Assembly (NCBI GenBank): GCA_025354385.1
Contig: JANXMZ010000033.1
Span: 24,110-88,109, forward strand
Reading direction: 5' to 3'
DNA length: 64,000 nt
DNA from: Bacteroidota bacterium
GTDB taxonomy: Bacteria > Bacteroidota > Bacteroidia > NS11-12g > UBA955
Made by a program: the position numbers and the translations under genes
Shown: one piece after another, positions 9,888 through 19,645 of the stretch
Position numbering within the stretch: position 1 is the first letter of the stretch
Layout of the letters: every line of letters starts with the position of its first letter
Notes under the pieces: generated by a model
Databases searched by the model: none
Told to the model about the DNA's origin: nothing
What the model saw: the letters and a program-made list of their open reading frames with translations, nothing else

Positions 9888-10321
9888 ACAATCAAGCATT
9901 TACAATCGAAAGAACCTTTGATGCTCCTATTCAAACTTTATGGAAAGCCATAACCGATAAATCTGAAATGAAAAAATGGTATTTTGATTTAGCCGAATTT
10001 AAACCAGAATTGGATTTTGAATTTCAATTTACCGGGGGCCATGAAGATGGTATTCAATACCTACACTTATGCAAAGTAACGGAGGTAATAGCAGGCAGAA
10101 AAATTACTTATAGTTGGCGTTACGATGGTTATCCAGGCATTTCGTACGTTACCTTCGAATTGTTCGAACAAGGCAGCGAAACCTCGTTGGTTTTAACCCA
10201 CGCAGGACTCGAATCATTTGACACCAATAATCCAGACTTTGCAAAAGAAAATTTTGCCGAAGGGTGGAATCAGATAATCAATAATTCGTTGTTTCAATAC
10301 GCGTCCGATATGGACAAATAA
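9884..10321 (+). CDS. SRPBCC-superfamily protein (AHSA1/START-like)
   Basis: ATGA overlap with the ArsR gene. TFDAPIQTLWKAITD...KITYSWRY...THAG... matches the Aha1-domain pattern. Confidence 0.8.
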   Translation: MNNQAFTIERTFDAPIQTLWKAITDKSEMKKWYFDLAEFKPELDFEFQFTGGHEDGIQYLHLCKVTEVIAGRKITYSWRYDGYPGISYVTFELFEQGSETSLVLTHAGLESFDTNNPDFAKENFAEGWNQIINNSLFQYASDMDK

Positions 10322-10355
10322 ACTTCATATATTCGCAATTTAATTACCAAATAGC

Positions 10356-11768
10356 GTGGAACCCGAGATACAAAATAAAACTTCTAATAAAGTACCATTC
10401 AATACCATTTATAAAGCCATCAAACTTTCTTTGAATGGGGAAGAGCAAGATTATACGCAGGGCAGTGTGCGCAAGGCTATTTTTTTATTGGCCATTCCTA
10501 TGATACTTGAACTGAGTTTGGAAAGTGTATTTGCCTTGGTAGATATGTTTTTTGTTGGCAAACTAGGTGAAAATGCCATTGCCACAGTTGGGCTTACTGA
10601 GTCTGTAATTACCATTGTATATTCTGTAGCCATTGGCTTAAGCACAGCAGCCACCGCAATAGTGGCGAGGAGAATAGGAGAAAAAAATACGGAGGATGCC
10701 GCACATGCCGGAGCACAATCATTATTGATTTCTTTTCTTATCATCATTATTACAAGCATTGCTGGGTTCATTTTTGCCTCAGATATTTTAGTCTTAATGG
10801 GTGCCAATAAAGAGGTCGTTGAGCAAGGTGCTATTTTCACAAAAATAATGTTTGCTGGAAGTGCAGGCATCATGCTTTTATTTTTAATCAATGGTATTTT
10901 TAGAGGTGCCGGCAATGCCGCCATGGCCATGAAAAGTTTATGGCTGGCCAGCATCATCAATATCATTTTATGTCCTATTCTCATTCATTTTTATGGATTA
11001 AAAGGCGCAGCAATTGCCACTGTTATTGGTCGCTGCTCAGGTGTGGCTTATCAGTGTTTTCATTTATTTAAAGGCAGTGGTATTTTAAAATTCCATGCCA
11101 TCCATTTTAAGTTTGATAAAGCTATTGTGCAATCCATCATCAAAATTGCTTGGCCAGCTACTTTTCAATTTATAATTGCGAGCGGAAGTTGGATTGTTTT
11201 AGCGAGACTGGTGGCAGAAACTGGCGGCACTACAGCTTCTGCAGGATATCAAATAGCCATTCGCAATGTCGTATTTTTTATATTACCTGCTTGGGGACTC
11301 AGCAATGCTGCGGCCACTTTGGTCGGTCAGAATTTAGGTGCACAACAAATAGAAAGAGCTGAAAAAAGTGTATTGATGGTAACAAAGTACAATGCTATTT
11401 TTATGGCCTTTGTAATGGCCCTATTTATTTTCATGGCCCACCCTATCATCAGTCTCTTTTCTAATGATGAAGCCGTCATTGGCTTTGGAGAAGAGGCCTT
11501 GCAAATAATTGGCTGCGGCTATATTTTTTATGGCATTGGCATGGTAATGACACAATCATTAAATGGTGCTGGCGATACAAAAACACCCACCATTATTAAC
11601 TTTATTGGGTTCTGGTTGTTTCAAATTCCGCTGGCTTATTTATTGGCGAAAGGGTTAGACTTAAAAACCACAGGCGCCTTTATTGCCATTCCTGCAGCAG
11701 AAGCATTGATTGCCCTTGCAGCTTGGTATTTTTTCAAGCAAGGAAAATGGAAAACCATCAAGGTGTGA
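10356..11768 (+). CDS. MATE-family efflux transporter
   Basis: 12-TM protein with AIPMILE...VDMFFVGKLG and the NGAGDTKTP motif. GTG start. Confidence 0.9.
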   Translation: MEPEIQNKTSNKVPFNTIYKAIKLSLNGEEQDYTQGSVRKAIFLLAIPMILELSLESVFALVDMFFVGKLGENAIATVGLTESVITIVYSVAIGLSTAATAIVARRIGEKNTEDAAHAGAQSLLISFLIIIITSIAGFIFASDILVLMGANKEVVEQGAIFTKIMFAGSAGIMLLFLINGIFRGAGNAAMAMKSLWLASIINIILCPILIHFYGLKGAAIATVIGRCSGVAYQCFHLFKGSGILKFHAIHFKFDKAIVQSIIKIAWPATFQFIIASGSWIVLARLVAETGGTTASAGYQIAIRNVVFFILPAWGLSNAAATLVGQNLGAQQIERAEKSVLMVTKYNAIFMAFVMALFIFMAHPIISLFSNDEAVIGFGEEALQIIGCGYIFYGIGMVMTQSLNGAGDTKTPTIINFIGFWLFQIPLAYLLAKGLDLKTTGAFIAIPAAEALIALAAWYFFKQGKWKTIKV

Positions 11769-11906
11769 AATATTTATTACTAACGTTCAAAGTCTAATTC
11801 ACTTAATAGCAAAATATTTAAACGCCTAAGCACATATTTAGGATTATTACATGTCGGTAGGAACTTTGATAAATTATCCTATAATTGTAAAAATAAAGTC
11901 CCTATT

Positions 11907-12911
11907 ATGCAGCACGGATATAGTCAAAAGCTTCAAAGTCTTGTATTGTTAAGGGCAATTGCCGTATTGTCTGTTTGCTGTTGTCATTTTTCAAAACCCT
12001 TGTCAGAAGGATTTGAATATTCATATATATTTAGATTCCTTAATAATTACGGCAAATATGGTGTAGAGATATTTTTTGTAATCTCAGGTTTTGTAATCCC
12101 CTTAAGTTTAGAAAAAGGAGGCTATGCCATTCAACATTATATAAAATTTTTATACAAGCGCTTAATTCGTTTACATCCGGCTTACTTGTGTTCTATTGTG
12201 CTAACCCTAATTGTAACCTATGTTTCTTTTAAACAAAAACATGAACCTTTTCCCGAAACGACCAGTACAATTTCTGAAAGCATTTTTCTATTTCAAAACC
12301 TTGGATTAAATCCTGTTTATTGGACCTTGAGAGTTGAGGCGGAGTATTATCTTTTCATTGGACTATTTTTTGTTCTACTTAAAAAGCATACCCATTTATC
12401 TTACCTTGTTTTTATTCCTCTTTTACTAATCGCCAGTCAATTTACCATTGCTAACCATATTGAATTATTGCACCATTTGGTTTATTTTTTCATTGGGGCC
12501 GTCGGTTGCTTAATTTATATTAAACACGGCAATTCTACCATCCATTATATTTTTCTTGTAGCTCTCATTATTTTTTCATTTTTTTACGGTGGATTAACCA
12601 GAATTGTTGAGGCAGTGCCGGCTACCATTGCTGCTGTTATAGCCATTACTACCATTTTATTTTATAAAAAAACTATTTCAAAAACACCAGTCTTCCTTGG
12701 CAAAATTTCTTATTCACTTTACCTAATCCACTACCCTGTAAGCAAGCAAATCATAAGGTTATTTATGAAATTATTACCTCAAAATATTGCATGGCTCCTG
12801 TTTATAATCGCCTTTATAATTGTAATACCAATTGCATGGTTATTATACAAATTTGTTGAAGTACCTTCTGAAAATGCTTCCCAGATAATAAAATACAAGA
12901 CAAGCATTTAG
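11907..12911 (+). CDS. Acyltransferase family 3 membrane protein (likely O-acyltransferase)
   Basis: LRAIAVLSVCCCH...GVEIFFVISGFVI...YWTLRVEAEYYLF...SYSLYLIHYPV are acyltransferase_3 hallmarks. Confidence 0.85.
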   Translation: MQHGYSQKLQSLVLLRAIAVLSVCCCHFSKPLSEGFEYSYIFRFLNNYGKYGVEIFFVISGFVIPLSLEKGGYAIQHYIKFLYKRLIRLHPAYLCSIVLTLIVTYVSFKQKHEPFPETTSTISESIFLFQNLGLNPVYWTLRVEAEYYLFIGLFFVLLKKHTHLSYLVFIPLLLIASQFTIANHIELLHHLVYFFIGAVGCLIYIKHGNSTIHYIFLVALIIFSFFYGGLTRIVEAVPATIAAVIAITTILFYKKTISKTPVFLGKISYSLYLIHYPVSKQIIRLFMKLLPQNIAWLLFIIAFIIVIPIAWLLYKFVEVPSENASQIIKYKTSI

Positions 12912-12938
12912 GACTGCTTTTATTACCTTTGTTAGGGA

Positions 12939-13487
12939 ATGGACTATAGTATAGAACAAGGATTATCATTCAGAAAAATAAAGGAAGAGGACTTTGTTTT
13001 TTTGTTTCTGTTATGGCATGACCTAGATCTTATAAAATATACCTATCACCAATACCAAAAAGATTTGGAAGCGGCTCAGCAAAAAGTATTGAAAGTATTA
13101 AATAGATATGCGCAGCTAGGAATTGGAGCCGGTCCCTTTCTCTTCTTCAAAGATGAAACATTTATTGGTTATGCTGGCATGGAACTCAAATCAGAAACAT
13201 TGAAAGAATTTGAAATTTGGTATATCATTCCGCGCAATGAGCATGGCAAAGGTTATGCTACAAGCATTGCAAAAATATTGACAACCATGGCGTTTAATAC
13301 ATTAATGGCACAGCGCGTTTTAGCAGATGTAGTTGCCATCAATATTCCAAGTATGCGGGTTCTTGAAAAAACAGGATTACATCAAGTAGGTCGCTTGTCT
13401 AATCAATTTTCAAAAAATGACCTTGTGCTCGACCTATTAATTTATGGCCTTAGCAGAGCCCAATGGCTGGAAATGCAGAAGCCGTAA
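12939..13487 (+). CDS. GNAT-family N-acetyltransferase
   Basis: WYIIPRNEHGKGYATSIAKIL (acetyl-CoA loop Q/RxxGxG/A-like) and an RimJ/L-like size of 182 aa. Confidence 0.75.
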   Translation: MDYSIEQGLSFRKIKEEDFVFLFLLWHDLDLIKYTYHQYQKDLEAAQQKVLKVLNRYAQLGIGAGPFLFFKDETFIGYAGMELKSETLKEFEIWYIIPRNEHGKGYATSIAKILTTMAFNTLMAQRVLADVVAINIPSMRVLEKTGLHQVGRLSNQFSKNDLVLDLLIYGLSRAQWLEMQKP

Positions 13488-13529
13488 ATTTTTCTTACTT
13501 TTGTCGCCTAATCATTAAAACAAAGTGTT

Positions 13530-13739
13530 ATGGATGTAAAAGACAGCAATGGTACAAGCCTTCAAGAGGGTGATACTGTTCAAATTATAAAAGATTTAAA
13601 AGTGAAAGGTTCTTCCTCTGTTTTAAAAAGAGGTACCATGGTAAAAAATATCAAATTGACAGATGATAACGAAGCCATAGAAGGCAAAGTTGAAAAAACA
13701 ATGATGGTTCTAAAAACCATGTTTCTTAAAAAAGTATAA
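13530..13739 (+). CDS. PhnA/YjdM C-terminal-domain protein
   Basis: DSNGTSLQEGDTVQIIKDLKVKGSSSVLKRGTMVKNIKL...IEGKV matches the PhnA C-terminal SH3-like domain pattern. Confidence 0.7.
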   Translation: MDVKDSNGTSLQEGDTVQIIKDLKVKGSSSVLKRGTMVKNIKLTDDNEAIEGKVEKTMMVLKTMFLKKV

Positions 13740-13743
13740 AGCT

Positions 13744-14208
13744 ATGACAACTCTATTTGTTAACAGTACCATTCGTATGAAGGCAGATGCTGCTCAAGTT
13801 TGGGATGCCCTCACCAACCCCGAGCAAACTAAGAAATACATGTTTGGTTGCGAAACAATTTCCGACTGGAAAGTTGGCAGTAGCTTGCTTTGGCAAATGG
13901 TCTACGAAGGCAAAGATTTTGTTGCGGTAAAGGGATATATCACGCATATTGAACTCAATAAAAAATTATCATACACTGTTTTCGACCCGAACTCAAGTAT
14001 ACCTGACATTCCAGAAAATTACCTAACGGTTACTTATGAATTAAATGCAGAAAACGGATTCACAGAACTATTGGTAACCCAAGCTGATTATGCGACTGTT
14101 GCAGAAGGTGAGCGGAGGTATCAAGAAGCATGGAACAATGGTGAAGGATGGAATCCTATACTGATACAAATTAAAAAATTGGTAGAAACTACAAAAGAAG
14201 CATCCTAA
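13744..14208 (+). CDS. SRPBCC-superfamily protein (second copy in the islet)
   Basis: VWDALTNPEQTKKYMFG...LSYTV...VTQA... gives an Aha1/START-like pattern. 154 aa. Confidence 0.75.
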   Translation: MTTLFVNSTIRMKADAAQVWDALTNPEQTKKYMFGCETISDWKVGSSLLWQMVYEGKDFVAVKGYITHIELNKKLSYTVFDPNSSIPDIPENYLTVTYELNAENGFTELLVTQADYATVAEGERRYQEAWNNGEGWNPILIQIKKLVETTKEAS

Positions 14209-14217
14209 TTTCAAGTT

Positions 14218-14736
14218 ATGCTCAACAAGGAAATACTTTTCGAACAATTGGATCAGAACACCGATGACGCAATGACCCTTTTAAAAAACGTTTCGGCAGA
14301 TGACCTTTTAAAACATCCTGATAATAAATGGTCCGTCATTCAAATCATGGAACATATATTACTTACAGATCAGGTTGTTATTATACTTATTCAAAGAACT
14401 CCAAAAGCCTATGCAGAGCAAGAAGAACTGCATGGCAGAGAGCGATTGCATAAATTTGTGGTAACGCATAGAAACAGAACTGTGGAGGCTCCAAGCACCT
14501 TGCATCCCAAAGGCAATATCCAAAACTTTCAAGATTTCAGCAAAGTATTTCTTCAGCAAAGAGATCAATTGAAAAATCAAATCAATAGTGGCCAAATTGC
14601 CCTAGACAATGCCATACACCAGCATCCATATTTAGGAGATATGACGACTATAGACTGGTTGCATTTTATCTCCCTACATACTCAAAGGCATTTGGAACAG
14701 ATTAAAGAAATTTTGGGTTTCAAAGCAACAGAATAA
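14218..14736 (+). CDS. DinB-family (four-helix bundle, metal-binding) protein
   Basis: WSVIQIMEHILLTD...HTQRHLEQI gives the His triad spacing typical of DinB_2. Confidence 0.75.
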   Translation: MLNKEILFEQLDQNTDDAMTLLKNVSADDLLKHPDNKWSVIQIMEHILLTDQVVIILIQRTPKAYAEQEELHGRERLHKFVVTHRNRTVEAPSTLHPKGNIQNFQDFSKVFLQQRDQLKNQINSGQIALDNAIHQHPYLGDMTTIDWLHFISLHTQRHLEQIKEILGFKATE

Positions 14737-14974
14737 TAAAAATTATATGGTCAACTTAGTTGACTAATTATAGGTTCAATTTTGCTCATTTTTAAAGGCA
14801 ATAACAGGCTTGATTCTATTGTTATTAATTACCCATTTGATTCTGTAAATTTAATTGTAGTACTTTTAAATTCAATTACTTAAAAGCGCTTCAAATATAA
14901 TTTTATTGTCATATTTTTATCATAATTTATGTTTAAAGGCAATAACCTATATATTTGCCGAAATTCTGTGTAAT

Positions 14975-15850
14975 ATGGCTCAAAATATTAACGATGATGT
15001 TGAACTTAACGAAATAAAAAATTACTTTTCCAACGTACAAAATTTTTATATTCAAATCAGCAACTGGTTGTTTAAAGGTTTCTTAAGTTATTGGTATATT
15101 CTTCTTATTGGAGTTATTGGTGGAGGAATGTTTGGATACCTTCAGTTTCAAAAAAAGACACCCTATTTTGAGGTGCAGGCTTCTTTTACATTTAATGAAT
15201 TGCACAAAAAAATTTATGGTGAGATGACGGACAAGTTGCAGCAGCTTGTGAGTACTCACTCTAACAAAACCCTTTCTGAATTGCTCAAATTAAAAGAGCA
15301 AGAAGCAATGAACATTTTAGATATTCAGGCATTAACAGTAAGTGGCACTCCCCTTTCCGAAGACTTGAGTATTGGCAAATTGCCATTTTACATAAAGGTT
15401 AAATTAAAAGACCGCAATGTGGCGGCTCCACTTTTAATTAGTTTAGAGAATTATTACAATAATAATCCACAAGCCAAAACCATCATTGAAAACAGCACCC
15501 TTCAAATGAAATCTAGAATTACTTATCTAAATTCTGAATTACAAAAGTTGGATTCTTTGAAACGTGCCTATCAGTTTTATCTAATGCAACAACCTCTGAA
15601 TTCAAATACTACCGTTAATACATTTAATCCCATAGAACTTTACAAAGAATCTGAAAAATTATTCAATATCAAATCTGATTTAGAGTCTGCCATTACCAAT
15701 TTTAAAGCCGTTAAAATTTTAGATCAGTTTGTGGTGAATGATACCCCTATCCAACCGATTCTTTCGAAAGATTTGATAAAGTACATGGGCATTGGACTCA
15801 TGTTCTCCGCGGTACTTTGTTTATTATTAATGGTTTTCAAAAAACGTTAA
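14975..15850 (+). CDS. Polysaccharide chain-length-determinant (Wzz-like) protein without a kinase domain
   Basis: Two TM segments (after residue ~35 and at the C-terminus) bracket a coiled-coil-rich periplasmic region, and the gene is first in the polysaccharide locus. The ATG at 14975 is preferred over the TTG at 14906. Confidence 0.6.
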   Translation: MAQNINDDVELNEIKNYFSNVQNFYIQISNWLFKGFLSYWYILLIGVIGGGMFGYLQFQKKTPYFEVQASFTFNELHKKIYGEMTDKLQQLVSTHSNKTLSELLKLKEQEAMNILDIQALTVSGTPLSEDLSIGKLPFYIKVKLKDRNVAAPLLISLENYYNNNPQAKTIIENSTLQMKSRITYLNSELQKLDSLKRAYQFYLMQQPLNSNTTVNTFNPIELYKESEKLFNIKSDLESAITNFKAVKILDQFVVNDTPIQPILSKDLIKYMGIGLMFSAVLCLLLMVFKKR

Positions 15851-15851
15851 A

Positions 15852-17315
15852 TTGGCTGCATTCAACCTTTCGCGCAATTTCAAAAACTCACTGTGGAATT
15901 TGGTGGATATTTTTGCTTATCCCCTAATTTTTTTGGTAAGTACACCCTTCTTTATTGACAGATTGGGTGAAAAAGAATTTGGTGTCTGGATGCTGGTGAA
16001 TAGCCTGATGATTGCTATGCAAATTTTCAATTTAGGATTGGGCACAGCTACCTTTAAACATGTGGCTGCACATGCAGGATTGAAAGATTTTGAAAAGGTA
16101 AGTTCTACAATCAATACCAATTTTTCATTAAGCAGTCTGCTCCATATTTTATGTGTATTAAGTGGGCTTAGCATTTCAATAGCGATGCGCTATTTTTCAT
16201 TGTTTAAAATAGAACCAGCTTATATTGATTTGGTATGTGCAGGGACTTTATTAGGCAGTATTTTGGTTGGCTTTAAATTTTACGAACAAATTATTGGTTA
16301 TACTTTTAAGGCGCTAGAGCGCTTTGATTTAGACACTTTTTTAAGCACAGGACTAAAGCTAAGCGTACTTACCATTAATATTCTCCTTGTATTCTTAGGG
16401 TTCGGATTAGTGGCACTTTTTATAGCTTCTATTGCTTGTTCTTTTATCAATTTAATTATCAGTTTCGTTGTTATCAAAAAACAAATACCTGGTTTTGAAT
16501 GGCGTTTTAAACTGAACAAAATCAATATTATGCAAGAACTTAATTTTGCTATTTGGCCCTGGTTTCAAACTTTGGCCATCATTATTACTTTTCAATGCGA
16601 CCGTTTTTTTGTGGTTACCTTTGTTGGTCTCGCCACTCTGACCTATTATGGCTTAGCGGCCACCATGTTTAACCATATACACATGGGATTTAATGCCATT
16701 GTACCTTGGCTTGCACCTAAAATTACCAAAATGAAAACCATAGGTGAAGACCCTGAAGCATTGTACCGAAGTGCCCGCAACTTTTCACTTTTATTGTCTT
16801 TGAGTGCCTTATTAATATTCAGTTTGGTGAACGAACCAATTCTAAGTTTATTGCTAAGCAAAACGAAATATGCAGCAGCATCAGAATTTATAAGGCTATT
16901 CACTGTTTTTGAAATATTTTTTGTTTTCAGCATCGTGCCAAATTATTTTTTGAATGCCGCAGGTTTTGAGAAAATGTATTTTAAAATCGTGCTGTTTTAT
17001 TGCATCAGTATTATGAGTGGCATGGCCATTGGATATTTTACAACCCACACTGCTGGTGGAATTATTATGGGCATGACTGCTTCAACAGCCCTTACAATGT
17101 TCATACAAAACTGGATTATTAGCCAACAAATATTTAAAGGCAATGGATTGAAAGAAGCTTTCATTTTGTATTTACCACCTTTCCTTCTTTCATGGGCTAT
17201 TATGAGTAGTGATAAATGGTTGCAATTTAGCCTTTATGGCCTTACTATTTTAAGTTTGCATTTCGTATTTACAAGGCATCAAAAAATCAACTTTAATTTA
17301 TTAAAAATTGACTGA
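15852..17315 (+). CDS. Oligosaccharide flippase (Wzx/polysaccharide biosynthesis protein family)
   Basis: 487 aa with about 12-14 TM helices. TTG start abuts the upstream stop. Context supports the call. Confidence 0.75.
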   Translation: MAAFNLSRNFKNSLWNLVDIFAYPLIFLVSTPFFIDRLGEKEFGVWMLVNSLMIAMQIFNLGLGTATFKHVAAHAGLKDFEKVSSTINTNFSLSSLLHILCVLSGLSISIAMRYFSLFKIEPAYIDLVCAGTLLGSILVGFKFYEQIIGYTFKALERFDLDTFLSTGLKLSVLTINILLVFLGFGLVALFIASIACSFINLIISFVVIKKQIPGFEWRFKLNKINIMQELNFAIWPWFQTLAIIITFQCDRFFVVTFVGLATLTYYGLAATMFNHIHMGFNAIVPWLAPKITKMKTIGEDPEALYRSARNFSLLLSLSALLIFSLVNEPILSLLLSKTKYAAASEFIRLFTVFEIFFVFSIVPNYFLNAAGFEKMYFKIVLFYCISIMSGMAIGYFTTHTAGGIIMGMTASTALTMFIQNWIISQQIFKGNGLKEAFILYLPPFLLSWAIMSSDKWLQFSLYGLTILSLHFVFTRHQKINFNLLKID

Positions 17316-18531
17316 TTCAAAAACCATAGCGCTGAATAAATATATTCCCTTCGTGCTGATTTATTTCTTCATGAACAGTTTATTCTTGCCTGAAGGTTTG
17401 TTGTATACTACCCTGCTAACACCTTTGTTTTTTTATGAATTGGAGAAGAATAAAATGCTGAATACACTTGCACTTATTTTGGGCATAGCGCTTGTATTTT
17501 TTATCCTACATCTGTTTATTGGTGTGCAGTTGGCATCCTACCTCAAATCATTTGTTCTATTAATAACGGTTGTCATTTTTTGCCTATGGTTTATCGGTTT
17601 TTGTAAAAAAGTCAACCATATTGACTATTTATTTAAAGTTATTTTATATACGAATACTGTGCTTACTGTTTTTGCATTACTATCTCTTAAATTTGGTTTT
17701 CTTCAATCTTATTTTTGGTACATGGTGCCCATTTCGCCCGGTATACCAATAGTACCGCGTTTAAAAATGTTTACTTACGAAGCCTCTTATTATTCATTGC
17801 TTTTAACACCCTTGGTATTTTATTATTTGTGGCAATTTTTAAATTTTCGCAAACGCATTAATACACTGTATTTAGTCCTAGTGCTTCTACCTTTGGCCCT
17901 TTCATTTTCTATGGGTGTTATTGCGGGCATTTTAATAACAATGGCCTTGGCAATTTTACTTAATATTTCTTCTTTATCACGAAATACACGTTTAATGCTT
18001 TATGGAGTATTGGGTTGTCTGGCGCTTTTGGCAGGGTTTGAAATACTCTACCATTTTTATCCTAATAATCCATTGGTGGCTCGCTTAAAAAATATTCCTG
18101 CAGGCAAGGATACATCTGCTAGAGGCAGAACATACGAGGCATTGCAAATTGCCTTTCAGATTGCCGCACAAAAAAGTTTATGGCTTGGTGCAGGGCTTGG
18201 ACAGATTAAAGAAATTGGCCGTGATATCATTATCAATTTTTACCAATTTATTAAAATGCCAAATGCCGCTCGCATACCCAATGCCGTTGGCGAAACAATG
18301 GCCATGTATGGCTTTTTAGGATTATTAATTCGATTCAGCTTGATAGTATACTGTTTCTTTAAAACAACGGTTTATAAAAATTATTACCGTTTATCTCTGT
18401 TTATTTTTATATTCATTTATCAATTTACAGGATCTTATTTTTTCAATATTGCAGAATACGTCATTTGGATTTTAGCCTTTAGTGCTTTGTTTCCGGAATT
18501 TAACAAACCTTACACCCAAGCCCATGAATAA
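17308..18531 (+). CDS. O-antigen polymerase/ligase-like (Wzy_C-type) membrane protein, copy 1
   Basis: Polytopic membrane protein with a large loop containing GRTYEALQIAF...GAGLGQ...NAVGETMAMYGFLGL, a Wzy_C-like pattern. Confidence 0.7.
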   Translation: MTDSKTIALNKYIPFVLIYFFMNSLFLPEGLLYTTLLTPLFFYELEKNKMLNTLALILGIALVFFILHLFIGVQLASYLKSFVLLITVVIFCLWFIGFCKKVNHIDYLFKVILYTNTVLTVFALLSLKFGFLQSYFWYMVPISPGIPIVPRLKMFTYEASYYSLLLTPLVFYYLWQFLNFRKRINTLYLVLVLLPLALSFSMGVIAGILITMALAILLNISSLSRNTRLMLYGVLGCLALLAGFEILYHFYPNNPLVARLKNIPAGKDTSARGRTYEALQIAFQIAAQKSLWLGAGLGQIKEIGRDIIINFYQFIKMPNAARIPNAVGETMAMYGFLGLLIRFSLIVYCFFKTTVYKNYYRLSLFIFIFIYQFTGSYFFNIAEYVIWILAFSALFPEFNKPYTQAHE

Positions 18532-19645
18532 TCCATTGCGCGTTTTATATATCCTAAGGGCTACCCTTGTTTCGGTAAAAGGGGGCGATACCATTCAAGC
18601 CATTAGAACAGCAGATGCATTGAGAAATTTAGGCGTCAAAATCGACATCCATTTGTGCAACGATTCAGATATTGTATATGCTCATTACGATTTCATTCAT
18701 TTTTTTAATATCATTCGTCCTGCGGATATTTTACCACACATCAAAAAAAGTGGATTGCCATATGTTATCTCTACCATCTATGTAGATTATAGCTACTATG
18801 AAAAAAGCGACCACAGCATTAAAGGGCGTATACTTAATTTATTTGGTAGCAATACCCGAGAATATCTAAAGGCCCTTGCACGAATGTTGTTTAATGGCGA
18901 AAAAATTAGACCATCGCAATATCTTTTTTGGGGTCACAAAAAATCCATACAAACCATTCTGAAAAATGCGCTGTGGTTATTGCCCAATTCGGAAAGCGAA
19001 TACCAGCGATTGTTAAAAAATTACGGCATTGCGAATGACTACACCGCAGTAAACAATGCCGCAGATACTCACTTATTTCATTGCACAGAAACCGACATAC
19101 AAAATAAAGATTCAAAAATGGTATTGTGTGTTGCAAGAATTGAAGGCCGAAAGAATCAACTCAATTTAATAAAGGCGCTTAATCATTCATAATATGAATT
19201 GTACCTTATTGGCAACCCCGCGCCCAACCATTTAAGATATTACAATACCTGCAAACAAACTGCCGCCTCCAATATTCATTTTATTTCGGAACTTCCACAA
19301 TTAGAATTAGTGGATTATTACAAAAAAGCTAAGGTGCATATTTTACCGAGTTGGTTTGAAACCACTGGCTTATCCTCTTTGGAAGCTTTATTTTCTGGAT
19401 GCACAATTGTTGCAACAAAATTTGGAGATACACAAGATTATTTCAAAGATAAAATATTGTATTGCCAACCCAACTCTCCCGAATCTATTAGATTAGCTAT
19501 AGACAAGGCCGCTAATAGTGTAACCAACCAGGCATATTTAGAAAAAATGCGAACTACATGCAACTGGGAATACACTGCAGAAACAACATTACTAATATAC
19601 AAAAAAGCAATTACCAAACATGAAGATTGGCATCATAGGGACTAG
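18524..19645 (+). pseudogene. Glycosyltransferase family 4 (GT-B) interrupted by an in-frame TAA at 19190-19192
   Basis: ORFs 18482-19192 and 19199-19645 are in the same frame. The reading across the junction is ...ARIEGRKNQLNLIKALNHS*YELYLIGNPAP...SWFETTGLSSLEALFSGC, which is a continuous GT4 sequence (the EX7E region lies in the second half). Confidence 0.7.

Noticed and set aside
10451-10984. A 177-aa minus-strand ORF inside the MATE transporter gene
   Set aside because: This is a shadow ORF antisense to a strongly supported 12-TM MATE gene, with Met/Ala/Ile-rich composition typical of antisense translation of membrane-protein genes. The same reasoning applies to the other short antisense or out-of-frame ORFs listed inside galE, aroE, the PKD adhesin, the A2M gene, the Hsp70 gene, radA and others.
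14750-14764. The palindrome GTCAAC-tta-GTTGAC after the DinB gene
   Set aside because: The stem is only 6 bp and no T-tract follows. It is too weak to call a terminator or an operator.
19199-19645. A separate 148-aa gene starting at the TTG at 19199
   Set aside because: It is in the same frame as the upstream GT4 ORF and continues its sequence across a single TAA. I interpret it as the C-terminal half of one interrupted glycosyltransferase.
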